From a virus (Duplodnaviria > Caudoviricetes): 47,406 nucleotides of DNA. Position 1 is the stretch's first letter, and the number at the start of each line of letters is the position of its first letter. The stretch is taken from positions 1-47,406 of the IMG/VR virus record IMGVR_UViG_3300028388_002571; one strand, given 5' to 3'. The notes below the pieces were generated by a model. That model did no database searches. It saw only the letters and a list, made by a program, of their open reading frames with translations, and was not told where the DNA came from. This document shows, piece by piece, positions 19,001 through 28,747 of this stretch. Made by a program: the position numbers and the translations under genes.

Positions 19001-19671
19001 TCACCTTCCCCGACGTTACGGGCATTGCACAGCCTATGACGGTGCGCCACACGGTCGGCGACCTCCGCATGATTACCGACGCCCAGATCAGCGGTCAGCT
19101 TTCGCTGTCGCGGGCGTTGACGCACGACTACCCGGCGAACGAGAGCATCGTGGCCGGGTGCCTGATCCACGGCGACCGGCGAGCCCGGGTAAGCGCGACC
19201 TGGGACCAGAGCAGTTGGAACGGAACGTGGGTCGACTACCTTGTGGGGAGCCCCGCCACCGGGACGCTTAACCTCATCGACTTCCCGATTGAGGTGACGA
19301 ACGAGGGCTGCGACACCGACCGTTGGGTGTTGCGGTGGACCAGCAGCACGACCGCCGAACTTATCAGCGAAAAGCGCGGGCTGGTCTGGTCGGGAACCTA
19401 CACCGCGGGCGGACAGGACATCGCGCCGATAAACCCCCGCACCCGCACCCAGCTGGAGAACGGGACGTTCGTCGGCGGCGAGCCATACATGGTGATCCCG
19501 GGCGCGGCGAACGGCGGCGGCTGGTCGACCGGCAACGTGGTCCGCATCAACACGATAGGCGCCATCGCCGATATGTGGCTGGCGCGAGCGATAAAGCAGA
19601 GCGAAGCCCCGCTCGACGACGGCACCGACTGCGTGGAGATGTACGCGCTCGGCAACATCGACCGACCCTGA
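16090..19671 (+). CDS. Large tail tip/baseplate structural protein
   Basis: 1193 aa, beta-rich, repeated GTIDY.TG motifs, GIDPVRLPADGRVP. Confidence 0.8.
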   Translation: MPIQEDNIVFVESQVMDDVPEGGGAATGNVIIDGQMNNVFEDISDLDRAYGRFNLRKLFLAVRAVNTDLYGGAKSVITQLPEDEAVGYTLFSTDDQFDTRASAANKVEAYLYKGPMWHGALHENHITGMRAISVIQNVDTALPPIGKTLCLVQDENEPGEVEQYVRVTDVEAIETEFEDQYGTFTRWIVRMDISDALRFDFKGHTVNRYNSYNYTDKTRLRDTTVADATLYFGSQKLAEPAAIGDLTVKAASMYTQLVPSAQTETPLTSQMLASELAPMVSGAPGTITYTETGFNPRDVSFATRTGVLPGTLAITWSGNVITDDGKGSLYYSGTKCGTIDYASGECVTDSNAPSALTTWTFSYRPAAACAQQSHQKAFQVTVENRRLNWLTTLSPVPAPGTLSVAFMAQGNWYQLDDDGTGQIKGEDASNGAGTISFVTGDLAVTLGALPDAGSQIMITYASTVHYTSRGGDVETDPRITMTQTVGEAVNPGTFELSWLSDAITRSVTAGNDGVFTGDAEGWVDYATGDFTITFNSDRIPDPGTQLGVDYERNGEQTKVFSGVASPGGLATVDVGEGIRQGSVKVEWSTDSIVKFDASDRRISYYGGSAQVAHAARRNTQAGESRVRRDTHEAHDTGNGALSALPGSVVDYVLGQIVVPVLPDVPARSWESSGESSRWVEHTLGSEVYQFSSGIITVTYTPSGAPTEVVSTTLPLPDLKVRILPRLIDEFVVPGSVYMTWNGQHYTDRSGTMYRSIDVDTGAGVEAGTIDYLTGEVTLTNYVTGTGSVVVQSVLTRFGDWLAVDGYFRTQMAPIKPEALSVVAVAADGEQLSGIADADGNITGDSIAGTVDYEFGTAQIQFGSDPGGGWVERQVDPATIRYSAVAYSYLPLDAGILGIDPVRLPADGRVPIFRPGGLVMVMHRQDYAASAIANGGTIDVGRTRLAWVRVLDANGDAVSGDLYELDRVNGTLTFPDVTGIAQPMTVRHTVGDLRMITDAQISGQLSLSRALTHDYPANESIVAGCLIHGDRRARVSATWDQSSWNGTWVDYLVGSPATGTLNLIDFPIEVTNEGCDTDRWVLRWTSSTTAELISEKRGLVWSGTYTAGGQDIAPINPRTRTQLENGTFVGGEPYMVIPGAANGGGWSTGNVVRINTIGAIADMWLARAIKQSEAPLDDGTDCVEMYALGNIDRP

Positions 19672-19686
19672 TTTGGAGACCAGAAG

Positions 19687-20157
19687 ATGAACGTCAGCAC
19701 CGCACATAACGACGCCGTGGTGGCCGCCTGTCGGATACCGGCGCTCAACGCCCGCCTCGCGCTACTCGCCAGCGCCGACGCGACCCGGTCGACCATCGCG
19801 TTCTTCGATAACGCCCAGCCGGCCGACGCGGACACCGCCGAGGGCGCGACGGCCATTGTCACGATAGAGCTGACGCAGGCCGCCGGGACCGTCGACGAAG
19901 GCAACTTCCAGATCCTTCTCGACACGCCCATCGAGGAACAGGTGAACGGCGCGGACCCGGTAGACGGTTCGGTTCCGACCTGGGCCCGCATCTACACCCC
20001 GGACGGGTCGAGTTGGGCTGATGTGACCGTCACTGTCGAGGGCGACGGGGGCGAGATACAACTGGTGCAGACCGGCGTCGACGGTGGCAGCAACCCGGAA
20101 GCCCGGTTGTTCAACGGCGCGTTCGCGCGCATCGCAAGCGCCAGCATCCAGGGTTAA
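19687..20157 (+). CDS. Tail-associated structural protein
   Basis: 156 aa, GGAG RBS, PTWARI motif, located within the tail operon. Confidence 0.7.
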   Translation: MNVSTAHNDAVVAACRIPALNARLALLASADATRSTIAFFDNAQPADADTAEGATAIVTIELTQAAGTVDEGNFQILLDTPIEEQVNGADPVDGSVPTWARIYTPDGSSWADVTVTVEGDGGEIQLVQTGVDGGSNPEARLFNGAFARIASASIQG

Positions 20158-20160
20158 ACC

Positions 20161-23100
20161 ATGTCCGAGTATTCAGACCTCGTTCTCGCGAAGAACCCAG
20201 TGGCCTATTGGCGCCTGGGGGAAGTGTCGCCGTCAACCGTTGCTCAGGATTCGAGCGGGAACGGTCATAACGGCACATATAGCGGAAGCCCGACACAGGA
20301 GGTCGACAGCCTGATCGTTGGGGATTCGGATTATGCGGTGACGTTCAACGGGGTCGACCAGTTGTTGGACACCACGTTTGAGGGGGTGACCGGGACAAAC
20401 GCTGTCACCGTAGAGGCCTGGGTTATCGCTGACTCCCAGGCGACGGGGTCGGGGCAGACGATTTGTTTTTACGGCACGACATCCCCGGCAACAAATGGGG
20501 CGGGGTTTTACTTTGGGTTGTCGACAAAATCCGACGGCAGTGGGGCTGGTTATCTTCGCCTTGGCGTTACCGGAGCGGCGGCGGTTTATGACGGGGCGGA
20601 CCTTCGCGATGGAATGATCCACCATGTGGCCGTGGTGGTGCCGGCGAACGCGACGGTTGCAGACGTCAAGATGTATATCGACGGCAAACCGGTTGCGCTG
20701 GGGTTGGTCAACGGCGCCCAGGCGATAAACATTGGCAACATCTACCCGGTTGGGATTAGCAGCAACAGCCAAGGCGCGGGAGCATGGCATGGCACCCTAG
20801 ATGAAGTCGCCATGTACGACCGCGCCCTGGCGCCCTGGGAGATAAAAGAACACTACCTCGTTGGGGTCTACGCCGAGGGATACGCCCGGGTAATAGGCGC
20901 AAAGAACCCGGTGGCCTATTGGCGTTTGGGCGATGTAGCAGGATCGACCGCAGTCGATGCGACCCGGCGCGGGCACGACTTGACCTATCACAACACCCCG
21001 ACGCTGGGCGTCGATTCGCTACTCCCGCAGGACAGCGACAATGCGGTGATGTTCAACGGGACGGATCAGTATGCGCAAAGCGCAAGCGCCGGCCCTTTTC
21101 TGTTGTCGGATTTGTCGTTTGAACTGTGGCTGAAGTTCGCAACGACGGGCGATCAAAGGCCGATTTATATCTACGGTGGCGCGGACGGGTTTGCTTTATT
21201 TGCAACGCAGCATGATAGCCCATTGCCACGGGCTGTTGTTTGGAAAAACGGAACCCCTGCGGCAGTTATCGGCGCGAACGCGATCAATGACAACGAATCG
21301 CATCATGTGGCAGTAACGCGGAGCGGAACGGTTGTCAGCCTTTACGTCGATGGGCAATTGCAAGGGACCGCAAACACTGTGAACGCTGACCCGCTGACAG
21401 GCAGCAACCCACTATTCATAGGCTGCGACGTTAGCTTATCGAATCACTATGAAGGCACCATCGACGAAGTAGCGGTCTTCGATTACGCCCTATCCGCCGC
21501 CGATGTCGCGTCCTTGTACGCGGCCGGGTCGGGCCGAGGCGGATTTCAGATCGGGGGATTCGCAGGGGAGTATTGAAGCGTGGTTTTCAACGCAAGGCGC
21601 AAATCAAGGGGTGATTTTTGGCGTTGGTGATTACGCTTCAGCAACGTGGTACGCCTATCTAGGTATAAACAGGCCAGGGCCCGATGGTCGTGTTTTTTGG
21701 CGCGTTCAGACTGCCAGCGGAAACACAGAAGTATATGCAGATCCTGATAGCGTCAATGATGGGGTAGCTCACCATGTTGTTGTCACCTCAGATGGTTCTG
21801 AAATAAAAATTTATGTTGACGGGGTGGAGAAATCGTTAGATGTGGTTGGGGTTAACAGCGGGCAGTTTTTTGATGATATAAGCAATGGTGATGCGATAGC
21901 TATTGGCGCGTTGCCGTATGATGGGACAAGCCACATTCTTCCATTCTATGGCGTTATCGACGAAGTCGCCGTCTACGACTACCCCCTAACCCCCCAGCAG
22001 ATAGCGACCCACCACGCCTGGGGCGCGTTGCAGGGCTACAAACGAGCCGTCCGGGCATCGCTCCCGGTGGCGTATTGGCGGCTTGGTGACTCGGAGCCGG
22101 TCAGCGACCCCAACTTCCCGAGCGTTGTTTTTTTGGTTCCGGGGAACGGGGCAGTCAGCGGGGCGGTCTTCACGGACTATTCGCAGACCCCGCACAGCAT
22201 CAGCAGGGTGGGGCAAGTCCACACAACAGATGCACAGTTCAAGTATTACGGGACGTCGATCTATTTCGACGGTTCTTCGGATTATTTGCGCGTACCGAAC
22301 CATGCCGATTTCCGCATGGCGGACCAAGACTTCACCGCTGAGGCATGGGTGTATCCCACGGCTTATCCGACCGGGGGATCGTGGTCGACGATCTTTTCGG
22401 ATTATTCAGACTCGCCGCAGAACGGATGGCGTCTTTTGATCGGGGAACACGGAACGCTCGGCTTGTCCAATTCGACGGGCGAGGGTCAGTTGTTTGAAAA
22501 CGGCGTGCCGCTCAATGTTTGGACGCATGTGGCCGCGTCGGTACAGGGTGGCGTGTTGCGTTTATTCATAAACGGCGCCCAGGTTGGCGGTTTTCGAGAC
22601 GACTGGCGATGCACTAACGGCTCAAATTCATATTTCTTCATCGGTACGACCAACGGGTCGACTTGGCATTTCAAGGGGTATATGCAGGACTTGCGAATAA
22701 CGAAGGGAATCGGGCGGTATGGTGACGGTGGGTTCGCGGCGCCGTCGCCGTTATACGATGTTAATTCTGGGGGTCCTATAGGGGCGGCCGAAGCGGCAGA
22801 CGAAACAGGCAATCACCCTGGCGCGTATGTCGGCGGCGTCACCTACCAGGAACCAACTTTGGTTCCGGCGAGCGACGACGACGCCATAACGCTGGACGGC
22901 TCTTCGGGGTATGTCGGCACGACATGGGATGGAGTGCTCGGGGTGGGGGCGTTGACGGTGGAGGCGTGGGTAAAAACGAACAACACGCTTCAAGCGCAAC
23001 TGCCGATATTGGTGTGGGGCGGGGGCGGCATAGCACCCGGCGATGGCATATATTTTGCCCTCGCGGACGGAGGGCGGCCTAAGCTGGCGATATACGGTGC

Positions 23101-23549
23101 GGCGCGGAGTTCGCTGATTGATGTCAGGGACGGGCAGGCGCATCACATAGTCGCAACAATTCCGGCGAACGGCGCAGCATCAGATATAAAAGTGTTCATC
23201 GACGGCAGCGACCAAAGCGGAACGGTGGTGAATGCTGCGGTTGCGAAGAACACGACACAAGGGTATCCCGTGAGTTTGGGGTTAGACGTGGCGGCGGTTG
23301 GGGCCGGCGGGACGGAGAACCTTTATTTCCCCGGCGGCATAGACGAAGTTGCCATATATGACCGCGCCCTAACCGATGATGAAGTCCTTTCGCACTATCT
23401 AAGCGGAACCGTTCTAGTTGGTGTCATTTTTGATTTGTCGGGAACGGTAATGACCGCAGGCGGGGCAGCCGCCGACAAGGTACTACGGCATCACCTACGT
23501 CGCAACCGGGTGCCAGCCGATCACTCACGGCCCCTACACGGTCGAATGA
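20161..23549 (+). pseudogene. LamG/concanavalin-like repeat receptor-binding protein, broken into frames (20161-21576, about 21540-23480, 23481-23549)
   Basis: Repeated PVAYWRLG, HHVAV and G.IDEVA.YD.AL LamG motifs; frame switch near 21540 and again near 23480 (alternative frame YYGITYVATGCQPITHGPYTVE*); visibly lower GC than flanks. Confidence 0.7.
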
Positions 23550-23567
23550 CCGGGCGAGGGGCAGCCC

Positions 23568-26150
23568 GTGGCATGTAGCGCCCCAGACCTTTCGATAACG
23601 GTCGTCCTGGCGACCGGATACACCCCGCCCGACCCACCAGGGCGGGTCTACCTCCCGAACTGCACCGACACCATCGGCGATCTGGTTGCGACCCAGGCCG
23701 CGCCGATACCGGCCGTCACGTTCACCGGAAGCGGCGAGGTGACAGAGCTTGGGGAGGGCGATTGCATACTCGATGCAACGCTACCCGCGCCGATACCCAC
23801 AGCAACCCCCACGGGGGTCGTGGCGACCGTAACGCCCGCGGACATAGCCGGAGCGACCACCCCTGCCGTGATAACGCCCCAGGCGAGCGCACAAGCCGCC
23901 TGGAAGGCAACGACGACGATCACCGTCGACGCCCCGCCGCCGATAGCCCCGCCGGTCTTTACCGGCAGCGGCGACCCGGGCGAGCGGCCGATGTACTGGC
24001 GGCCGAGCCTCAACATCACGGTGACGCTGCCGAGCCCCTACACGCCGCCGGCCGTGCCGGGAACGGTCGTCATGTGCGTGTCGGACGACGCGGTTATCGG
24101 GTTCTTCGGCGCGACGCCCGACCTCCCCGCGATGCCGGTCTCGATGCAGGCCACCGAGCGGAGCAACGGCACCGCCGACACCCTGTTCGCAAAAGCGCCC
24201 TACGCCCCGCCACCGGCCCCGACCGCGACAGGCACCGGAAACGTATGGGCGAACATCAATCTCGCCGCAGACGCGCCCGTACCGAGCCTGCCGGCCGAAT
24301 TCAAAGGGTTCGAGCGCGCCTATCTCGCCGACCTAGCCGTCACGACCGCCCCGGTGCTGACAGCGCCGACCGCGACCGCCAGCGCCGAGGCCATAGCGAC
24401 CGCCACCGCGACCGTCCAGACGCAGCCGCCGACCTACACCGCCGAGTGGGCCGAGACGGTGACGCTCCAGCAGGACTTGGCGATGACCGACGACGTGGGC
24501 CCGTGCCTACCGGTGCAGCACCACCGCACAATGCGACCCACCGCCAACGGGCTCGGGGCGTGCGTCAACGAAGCGCTGCGGACCGCGACCCCGGCCGAGG
24601 TACTGTTCAACGCCGCGGACCCGATCATGGTGGCGCTAGAGCAGGGGTTCGCCGAGACGGTCAAGCTGCGCCGGCCGAACACGCTCGACCACCAGGAAGC
24701 CATCCGCACCGACAGCAGCGCCGCGGCCCGGTACACCGAGACGATCAGAACCCGGACCGAGATCACGCAGCCCCACCAGGAAGCCATCCGCTACCGCGCG
24801 ATGACCGACATGCGGTGGACGGACACCGACAAGCGCCAGACGCCGCTCAAAGCCCCGAGCGCCATCGCCGCCCTGCCCGCGCAGCTTCGCTTAGGCGTGG
24901 TGACGAGCAATCACGGCCTCACCACCAAGACCGAGCTTCACGCCTGTCACCAGCAGGCCGCGCAACTCGAACCCGGGCGCTGGTGGCCGAAATATGAAAC
25001 CCCGCCGCTCGACATCATTTTGCCGTGCAGCGGAACCTATACGCCGCGGGTGCTCGATTGCCTTGTCGTTCTCGGGTATACGCCGCAGCCGCAACCCTAC
25101 TGTCCAGCCGGCGGCGACCCCGAGCCGGCGACAGTCGTTCCAGTTCAGGAGGTCTACGTCGTGATAAACACCTTTGCGCTCGCCCGGGCCAGCGACGGGT
25201 ATCCACTAACCGCGACCGACTTCAGCATGTCGATTGACGCCGATAGTTGGGCGTGGCGCTGGCAGGCGCGCATCCCGGCGGACCAGCTGTCCATCGTGGC
25301 GCCGGAGGGCTACCAGAACCCACGCGAGGTCACGGCCGAGATCAACGGCATCCCGTTCCGGTTTGTGGTCGAGACCCTACGCCGTGAGCGGAGCTTTGGG
25401 GGCGGGTGGCTCACGATAGGGGGCCGGAGCCGCACCGCATGGCTTGCGGCGCCCTACGCGGCCGAGGAGGCGCGCAGCAACGCATCTCAGCTTACCGCCC
25501 AGCAGATGATGAACGAGGTACTCAAGATCAACGGTGTCAGCATCGGGTGGACTGTCGATTGGGGTATAGAGGACTGGCAACTCCCGGCGAACGCGTTCAG
25601 CCACACCGGGCCCTACATCGACGCGCTCAAGCGGATCGCGGAGGCCGGCGGCGGATACCTCCAGCCGCACGACACCGACCAGACGATCAAGGTGCTGCCC
25701 CGCTACCAGTACGGATGGTGGGACTGGGGTGCGCTGGCCGCGGAGTACGACCTCCCCGAGGACATCGTGAGCGTCGAGGGCATCGAGTGGAAGGACGCCG
25801 CCCCATACAACGCAGTCTATGTAGTGGGCGGATCGACCGGTGGCCGGAAGGACCGGATCATTCGCACGGGCGAGGCCGGCGACAACTACCACCCGACCAT
25901 CGTCGACCCGCTGGCAACCGACACGGTGATGACCCGGCAGCGCGGCCTCGCGGCCCTGGGAGATACCGGGCGGCAGGCCCATGTCAGCATTAGGCTGCCG
26001 GTGCTGCCGGAGACCGGCATCATCCGACCGGGAACGCTGATCGACTACACCGCCCAGGGCACGAAGTACCGAGGGCTCGTCCGCGGCGCCCAGGTAACGA
26101 CCGGGCACCCGGACATCTGGCAGACGGTGAGGATCGAAACCCATGAGTAA
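23568..26150 (+). CDS. Tail tip protein (Pro/Thr/Ala-rich N-terminus, hub-like C-terminus)
   Basis: 860 aa in the tail operon; C-terminal SIDADSWAW, YNAVYVVG and LPVLPETGII.PG patterns. Confidence 0.75.
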   Translation: MACSAPDLSITVVLATGYTPPDPPGRVYLPNCTDTIGDLVATQAAPIPAVTFTGSGEVTELGEGDCILDATLPAPIPTATPTGVVATVTPADIAGATTPAVITPQASAQAAWKATTTITVDAPPPIAPPVFTGSGDPGERPMYWRPSLNITVTLPSPYTPPAVPGTVVMCVSDDAVIGFFGATPDLPAMPVSMQATERSNGTADTLFAKAPYAPPPAPTATGTGNVWANINLAADAPVPSLPAEFKGFERAYLADLAVTTAPVLTAPTATASAEAIATATATVQTQPPTYTAEWAETVTLQQDLAMTDDVGPCLPVQHHRTMRPTANGLGACVNEALRTATPAEVLFNAADPIMVALEQGFAETVKLRRPNTLDHQEAIRTDSSAAARYTETIRTRTEITQPHQEAIRYRAMTDMRWTDTDKRQTPLKAPSAIAALPAQLRLGVVTSNHGLTTKTELHACHQQAAQLEPGRWWPKYETPPLDIILPCSGTYTPRVLDCLVVLGYTPQPQPYCPAGGDPEPATVVPVQEVYVVINTFALARASDGYPLTATDFSMSIDADSWAWRWQARIPADQLSIVAPEGYQNPREVTAEINGIPFRFVVETLRRERSFGGGWLTIGGRSRTAWLAAPYAAEEARSNASQLTAQQMMNEVLKINGVSIGWTVDWGIEDWQLPANAFSHTGPYIDALKRIAEAGGGYLQPHDTDQTIKVLPRYQYGWWDWGALAAEYDLPEDIVSVEGIEWKDAAPYNAVYVVGGSTGGRKDRIIRTGEAGDNYHPTIVDPLATDTVMTRQRGLAALGDTGRQAHVSIRLPVLPETGIIRPGTLIDYTAQGTKYRGLVRGAQVTTGHPDIWQTVRIETHE

Positions 26151-26364
26151 CCCTTACAAGCGGCTCATTCAACTCATTCCAGGGAGTCAGATCGACACGG
26201 GCGAAGTCATCGCGACGGACGGAGACGGGGTGACGGTGGAGTTGGTAACGGGCGCCCAGGTGAAGGCGCGGGGGACGGCGACGATTGGGAGTCATGTATA
26301 CATCAGGGACGGGGCCGTGATAGGCCCCGCCCCGAACCTCCCAGGCATCGACATCGGCGTCTAG
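26143..26364 (+). CDS. Small tail protein, last gene of the late operon
   Basis: 73 aa, NPYKRL...GEVIA...VYIRDGAVIGPAP; overlaps the previous stop. Confidence 0.7.
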   Translation: MSNPYKRLIQLIPGSQIDTGEVIATDGDGVTVELVTGAQVKARGTATIGSHVYIRDGAVIGPAPNLPGIDIGV

Positions 26365-26603
26365 GCCGAAGGCGACTCCAGGTAGTCGAACGACATCGAG
26401 ACGAGATCGTTCTGGTTGCGGATGGCGGACCGGATACGGCGAAGCTCGTCAAGCGTGGTGCCGCGGGGAACCCAGACGTGGAAGTGCATCCCATCGGGCC
26501 CCGCGAGTTCTTCGTCGTACATGCACCCGGCGAGCCGGAGCCCGAACCGGGTGGTCATGTTGTCGTCGGGATCGAACGACACGCAGCGGAAGATCGCCGA
26601 CAT
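26361..26603 (-). CDS. Hypothetical protein
   Basis: 80 aa, coupled to the upstream minus-strand gene; converges with the late operon. Confidence 0.6.
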   Translation of the reverse strand: MSAIFRCVSFDPDDNMTTRFGLRLAGCMYDEELAGPDGMHFHVWVPRGTTLDELRRIRSAIRNQNDLVSMSFDYLESPSA

Positions 26604-26941
26604 CAGTTGCTCCCGCGGCGGATACGGGCCATCTCGTTGTCGATGGCGCGAATCTCCTCGCCGTAGGCCCAGCCCGAGCCCAGGGAGGCGTTGTTGCCCA
26701 TCTTGTCGAGTAGCTCGCGCTTCTTCCGTTCGAGGCGCTTGATTTCCATCCGCTGGTTGAAGGTCAGGTGGTTTTCAACGTCGCGCTGATAGGCGTCGTT
26801 CCGGCGCTCCAGGCGGGCCGACTCTTCGGCCTCGATCTTGCGGAGCATTTCGAGTTCGCCCGGACGCAGCGCGAAGGCCGACGGGGCAGCGACCGCGGCG
26901 GACAGCGCAACGGCGATGGCGATGTTGGTGAGGTTTCTCAT
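26603..26941 (-). CDS. Putative exported protein with Sec signal peptide
   Basis: MRNLTNIAIAVALSAAVAAPSAFA (AFA cleavage motif) followed by a charged helical domain; AAGGAG RBS. Confidence 0.75.
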   Translation of the reverse strand: MRNLTNIAIAVALSAAVAAPSAFALRPGELEMLRKIEAEESARLERRNDAYQRDVENHLTFNQRMEIKRLERKKRELLDKMGNNASLGSGWAYGEEIRAIDNEMARIRRGSN

Positions 26942-27000
26942 GGTGGTCTCCTTTTAAGGGTTGGGGGTAGAGCCCGGGACGGAGCCCGGGCGGGTTGCAT

Positions 27001-27690
27001 TCAGGCAAGGCGCTCGCCGTGTTTGTCGAGCATCGCCTGGGCGTATTTCGCGGTGCACTTTGTCGAGCAGAAGTCACCGTATGAGTCCCACTCGCCGGTC
27101 CAGCGACGGGCGACGACACGCTCACCGGAGCCCATCGGGTTCGGGCGGGTGACGTTTTCCATCAGCGGATACAGGACCGATCCGCAGCAAGCGCAACGCG
27201 GGCGGTCAGCGACAGCCGGCGGCGGGTTCTCGACCGGCACCCGGCCGACGCCCTTGAGGGTCACGTACTGCGTATCAGGGGCGACCGTAGGGGCAGGATC
27301 GGATTCGGGTGCAGGCGACGCCACAGCCGGCGTGGGAGCCGGTTCGCGTGGGTCGAAAGTGGGCGCGTAAACGTTGGGGGCGATCTCGCGGACTGGCGGG
27401 GTCTCGCCGGACTCGGCGAACGCCTCATCGAGCGACACGGCCTCGGACTCGTCGGGGGCAGGCCCGGCCGAGACGACCTTGGCCTTCTTAGATTTCTTGG
27501 GCTTGGGCTTCACGACCATGTGGAAGCCGGTGCGCTTGTTCGAGGCCCGGACGGAGGCCGCCGACACATCGAACCCAAGGTCAGCCGCGGCCTTCTTGGC
27601 GATCTCGTCGATGGTCAGCTCGGCGTAATCCACGGCGGCAAGCGGGAGGTAAATGTCGAGGTTTTGGCGTTGTTCGGTTGTCAGTTTCAT
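27001..27690 (-). CDS. Hypothetical protein with Pro/Ala linker and Cys-rich (Zn-binding-like) C-terminus
   Basis: GGAG RBS before ATG 27690; CACCG and FCSTKC motifs. Confidence 0.7.
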   Translation of the reverse strand: MKLTTEQRQNLDIYLPLAAVDYAELTIDEIAKKAAADLGFDVSAASVRASNKRTGFHMVVKPKPKKSKKAKVVSAGPAPDESEAVSLDEAFAESGETPPVREIAPNVYAPTFDPREPAPTPAVASPAPESDPAPTVAPDTQYVTLKGVGRVPVENPPPAVADRPRCACCGSVLYPLMENVTRPNPMGSGERVVARRWTGEWDSYGDFCSTKCTAKYAQAMLDKHGERLA

Positions 27691-27710
27691 GGGCATCTCC
27701 AGTTGGGGGT

Positions 27711-27890
27711 TTAGTAGGCAATCGAGCCGTCGTTGTTGATGCGGCGGACAGCGACGCACTGGTGGCCGGCGGCGGCAAGCTCGCGAGCGGCGACAGGCGA
27801 CGCGGCCCGGACAGCGCGGTTCACCAGACCGACGCGGGGCACGAAGAACGTGACGCGCCAGGAATAGATCGGGGTGTTGCCAGCGGTCAT
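27711..27890 (-). CDS. Small hypothetical protein (59 aa, below the ORF-track cutoff)
   Basis: Translated by hand: MTAGNTPIYSWRVTFFVPRVGLVNRAVRAASPVAARELAAAGHQCVAVRRINNDGSIAY; GGAGG RBS. Confidence 0.65.
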   Translation of the reverse strand: MTAGNTPIYSWRVTFFVPRVGLVNRAVRAASPVAARELAAAGHQCVAVRRINNDGSIAY

Positions 27891-27899
27891 CGGAGCCTC

Positions 27900-28043
27900 C
27901 TATTCAGCCTGCCGGCGCAAGAAGGCCGGACGCTCGAAGCCAAGGTCTTCGTCGATGGTGTGCGGCGCGTTACGCGGGCGGACGACACCAGAGAACGAGA
28001 ACGTGACTCGCCAGAACAGGAAGGTGAAGGTGATGGTGGTCAT
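27900..28043 (-). CDS. 47-aa peptide ending in an FtsZ-C-terminus-like motif
   Basis: Translated by hand: MTTITFTFLFWRVTFSFSGVVRPRNAPHTIDEDLGFERPAFLRRQAE; GGAG RBS; fills the gap in the minus-strand operon. Confidence 0.65.
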   Translation of the reverse strand: MTTITFTFLFWRVTFSFSGVVRPRNAPHTIDEDLGFERPAFLRRQAE

Positions 28044-28057
28044 TGCCGGGCTCCGGT

Positions 28058-28324
28058 TTAGAGGTAAACGATGGTGGCGGGGCGGTTGCCTTTGGCGAGG
28101 CGACCCGAGCGGACCGAGAAACCCGCTTCCCGAACGGCTTCAGAGAAGTCGTGGAAGCTGCCCAACCGCCGCCAGCCGGTTTCCTTCATGAGGGAGCGCA
28201 GCCAGGAGACAGACGTGCCCTCGACGATTTCTTCCTGGCCGCACACCGAGACGGCGCAAGGCTCGCCGAAGCGCGCGAGGAGGGAGAGAAGGTCGTCGGT
28301 GAATCGTTTGTCTTGGTCTGTCAT
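28058..28324 (-). CDS. Hypothetical protein
   Basis: 88 aa, GGAG RBS, downstream of an AT-richer promoter-like gap. Confidence 0.65.
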   Translation of the reverse strand: MTDQDKRFTDDLLSLLARFGEPCAVSVCGQEEIVEGTSVSWLRSLMKETGWRRLGSFHDFSEAVREAGFSVRSGRLAKGNRPATIVYL

Positions 28325-28528
28325 TTACTTTGGCTCCGTTGGTGGGCTGGGGGGGACTTTACCCAGCCGGTAAAGTATTTCTATACCATCGGAGCGTGGA
28401 CTGGAAGCCCCTCTCTTTACTTTTTCGCAAAGCTGAGAAGTGGAGCCCTTCAAGGTAAAGACCCCGCCGAAGCGGGGCCGGTTGGTTACAGGTAATTCAC
28501 CTTTCCAGGCGGACCGAGCGCGAGGCCA

Positions 28529-28747
28529 TCAGAACCCCAGGCCCCCGAAGACCTCGCCAACGGCTACGTCGTGGCCGATGTCAGACGCTATGGCGGACGC
28601 CGCCGCATCGGCGAGGCCCTTGGAGGGGAAGCGTTTCCGGTAACGCTTGTGCGCGAGCATAGCGGCCTGGGCTTCGGGTCTCACCTTGTAGTTCACGTTC
28701 GCGACCGACAGGGTGAAGTATGGTTTCTCATAGAGCTTCAATCGCAT
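28529..28747 (-). CDS. Hypothetical protein
   Basis: 72 aa, GAGG RBS. Confidence 0.65.
   Translation of the reverse strand: MRLKLYEKPYFTLSVANVNYKVRPEAQAAMLAHKRYRKRFPSKGLADAAASAIASDIGHDVAVGEVFGGLGF

Noticed and set aside
24690-24792. 18-bp direct repeat CACCAGGAAGCCATCCGC
   Set aside because: In-frame coding repeat (HQEAIR) within a tail protein, with no sign of an independent element
16090-26150. Diversity-generating retroelement or invertible tail-fibre cassette
   Set aside because: No reverse transcriptase or invertase gene, and no template/variable repeat pair seen; the repeats are LamG module starts
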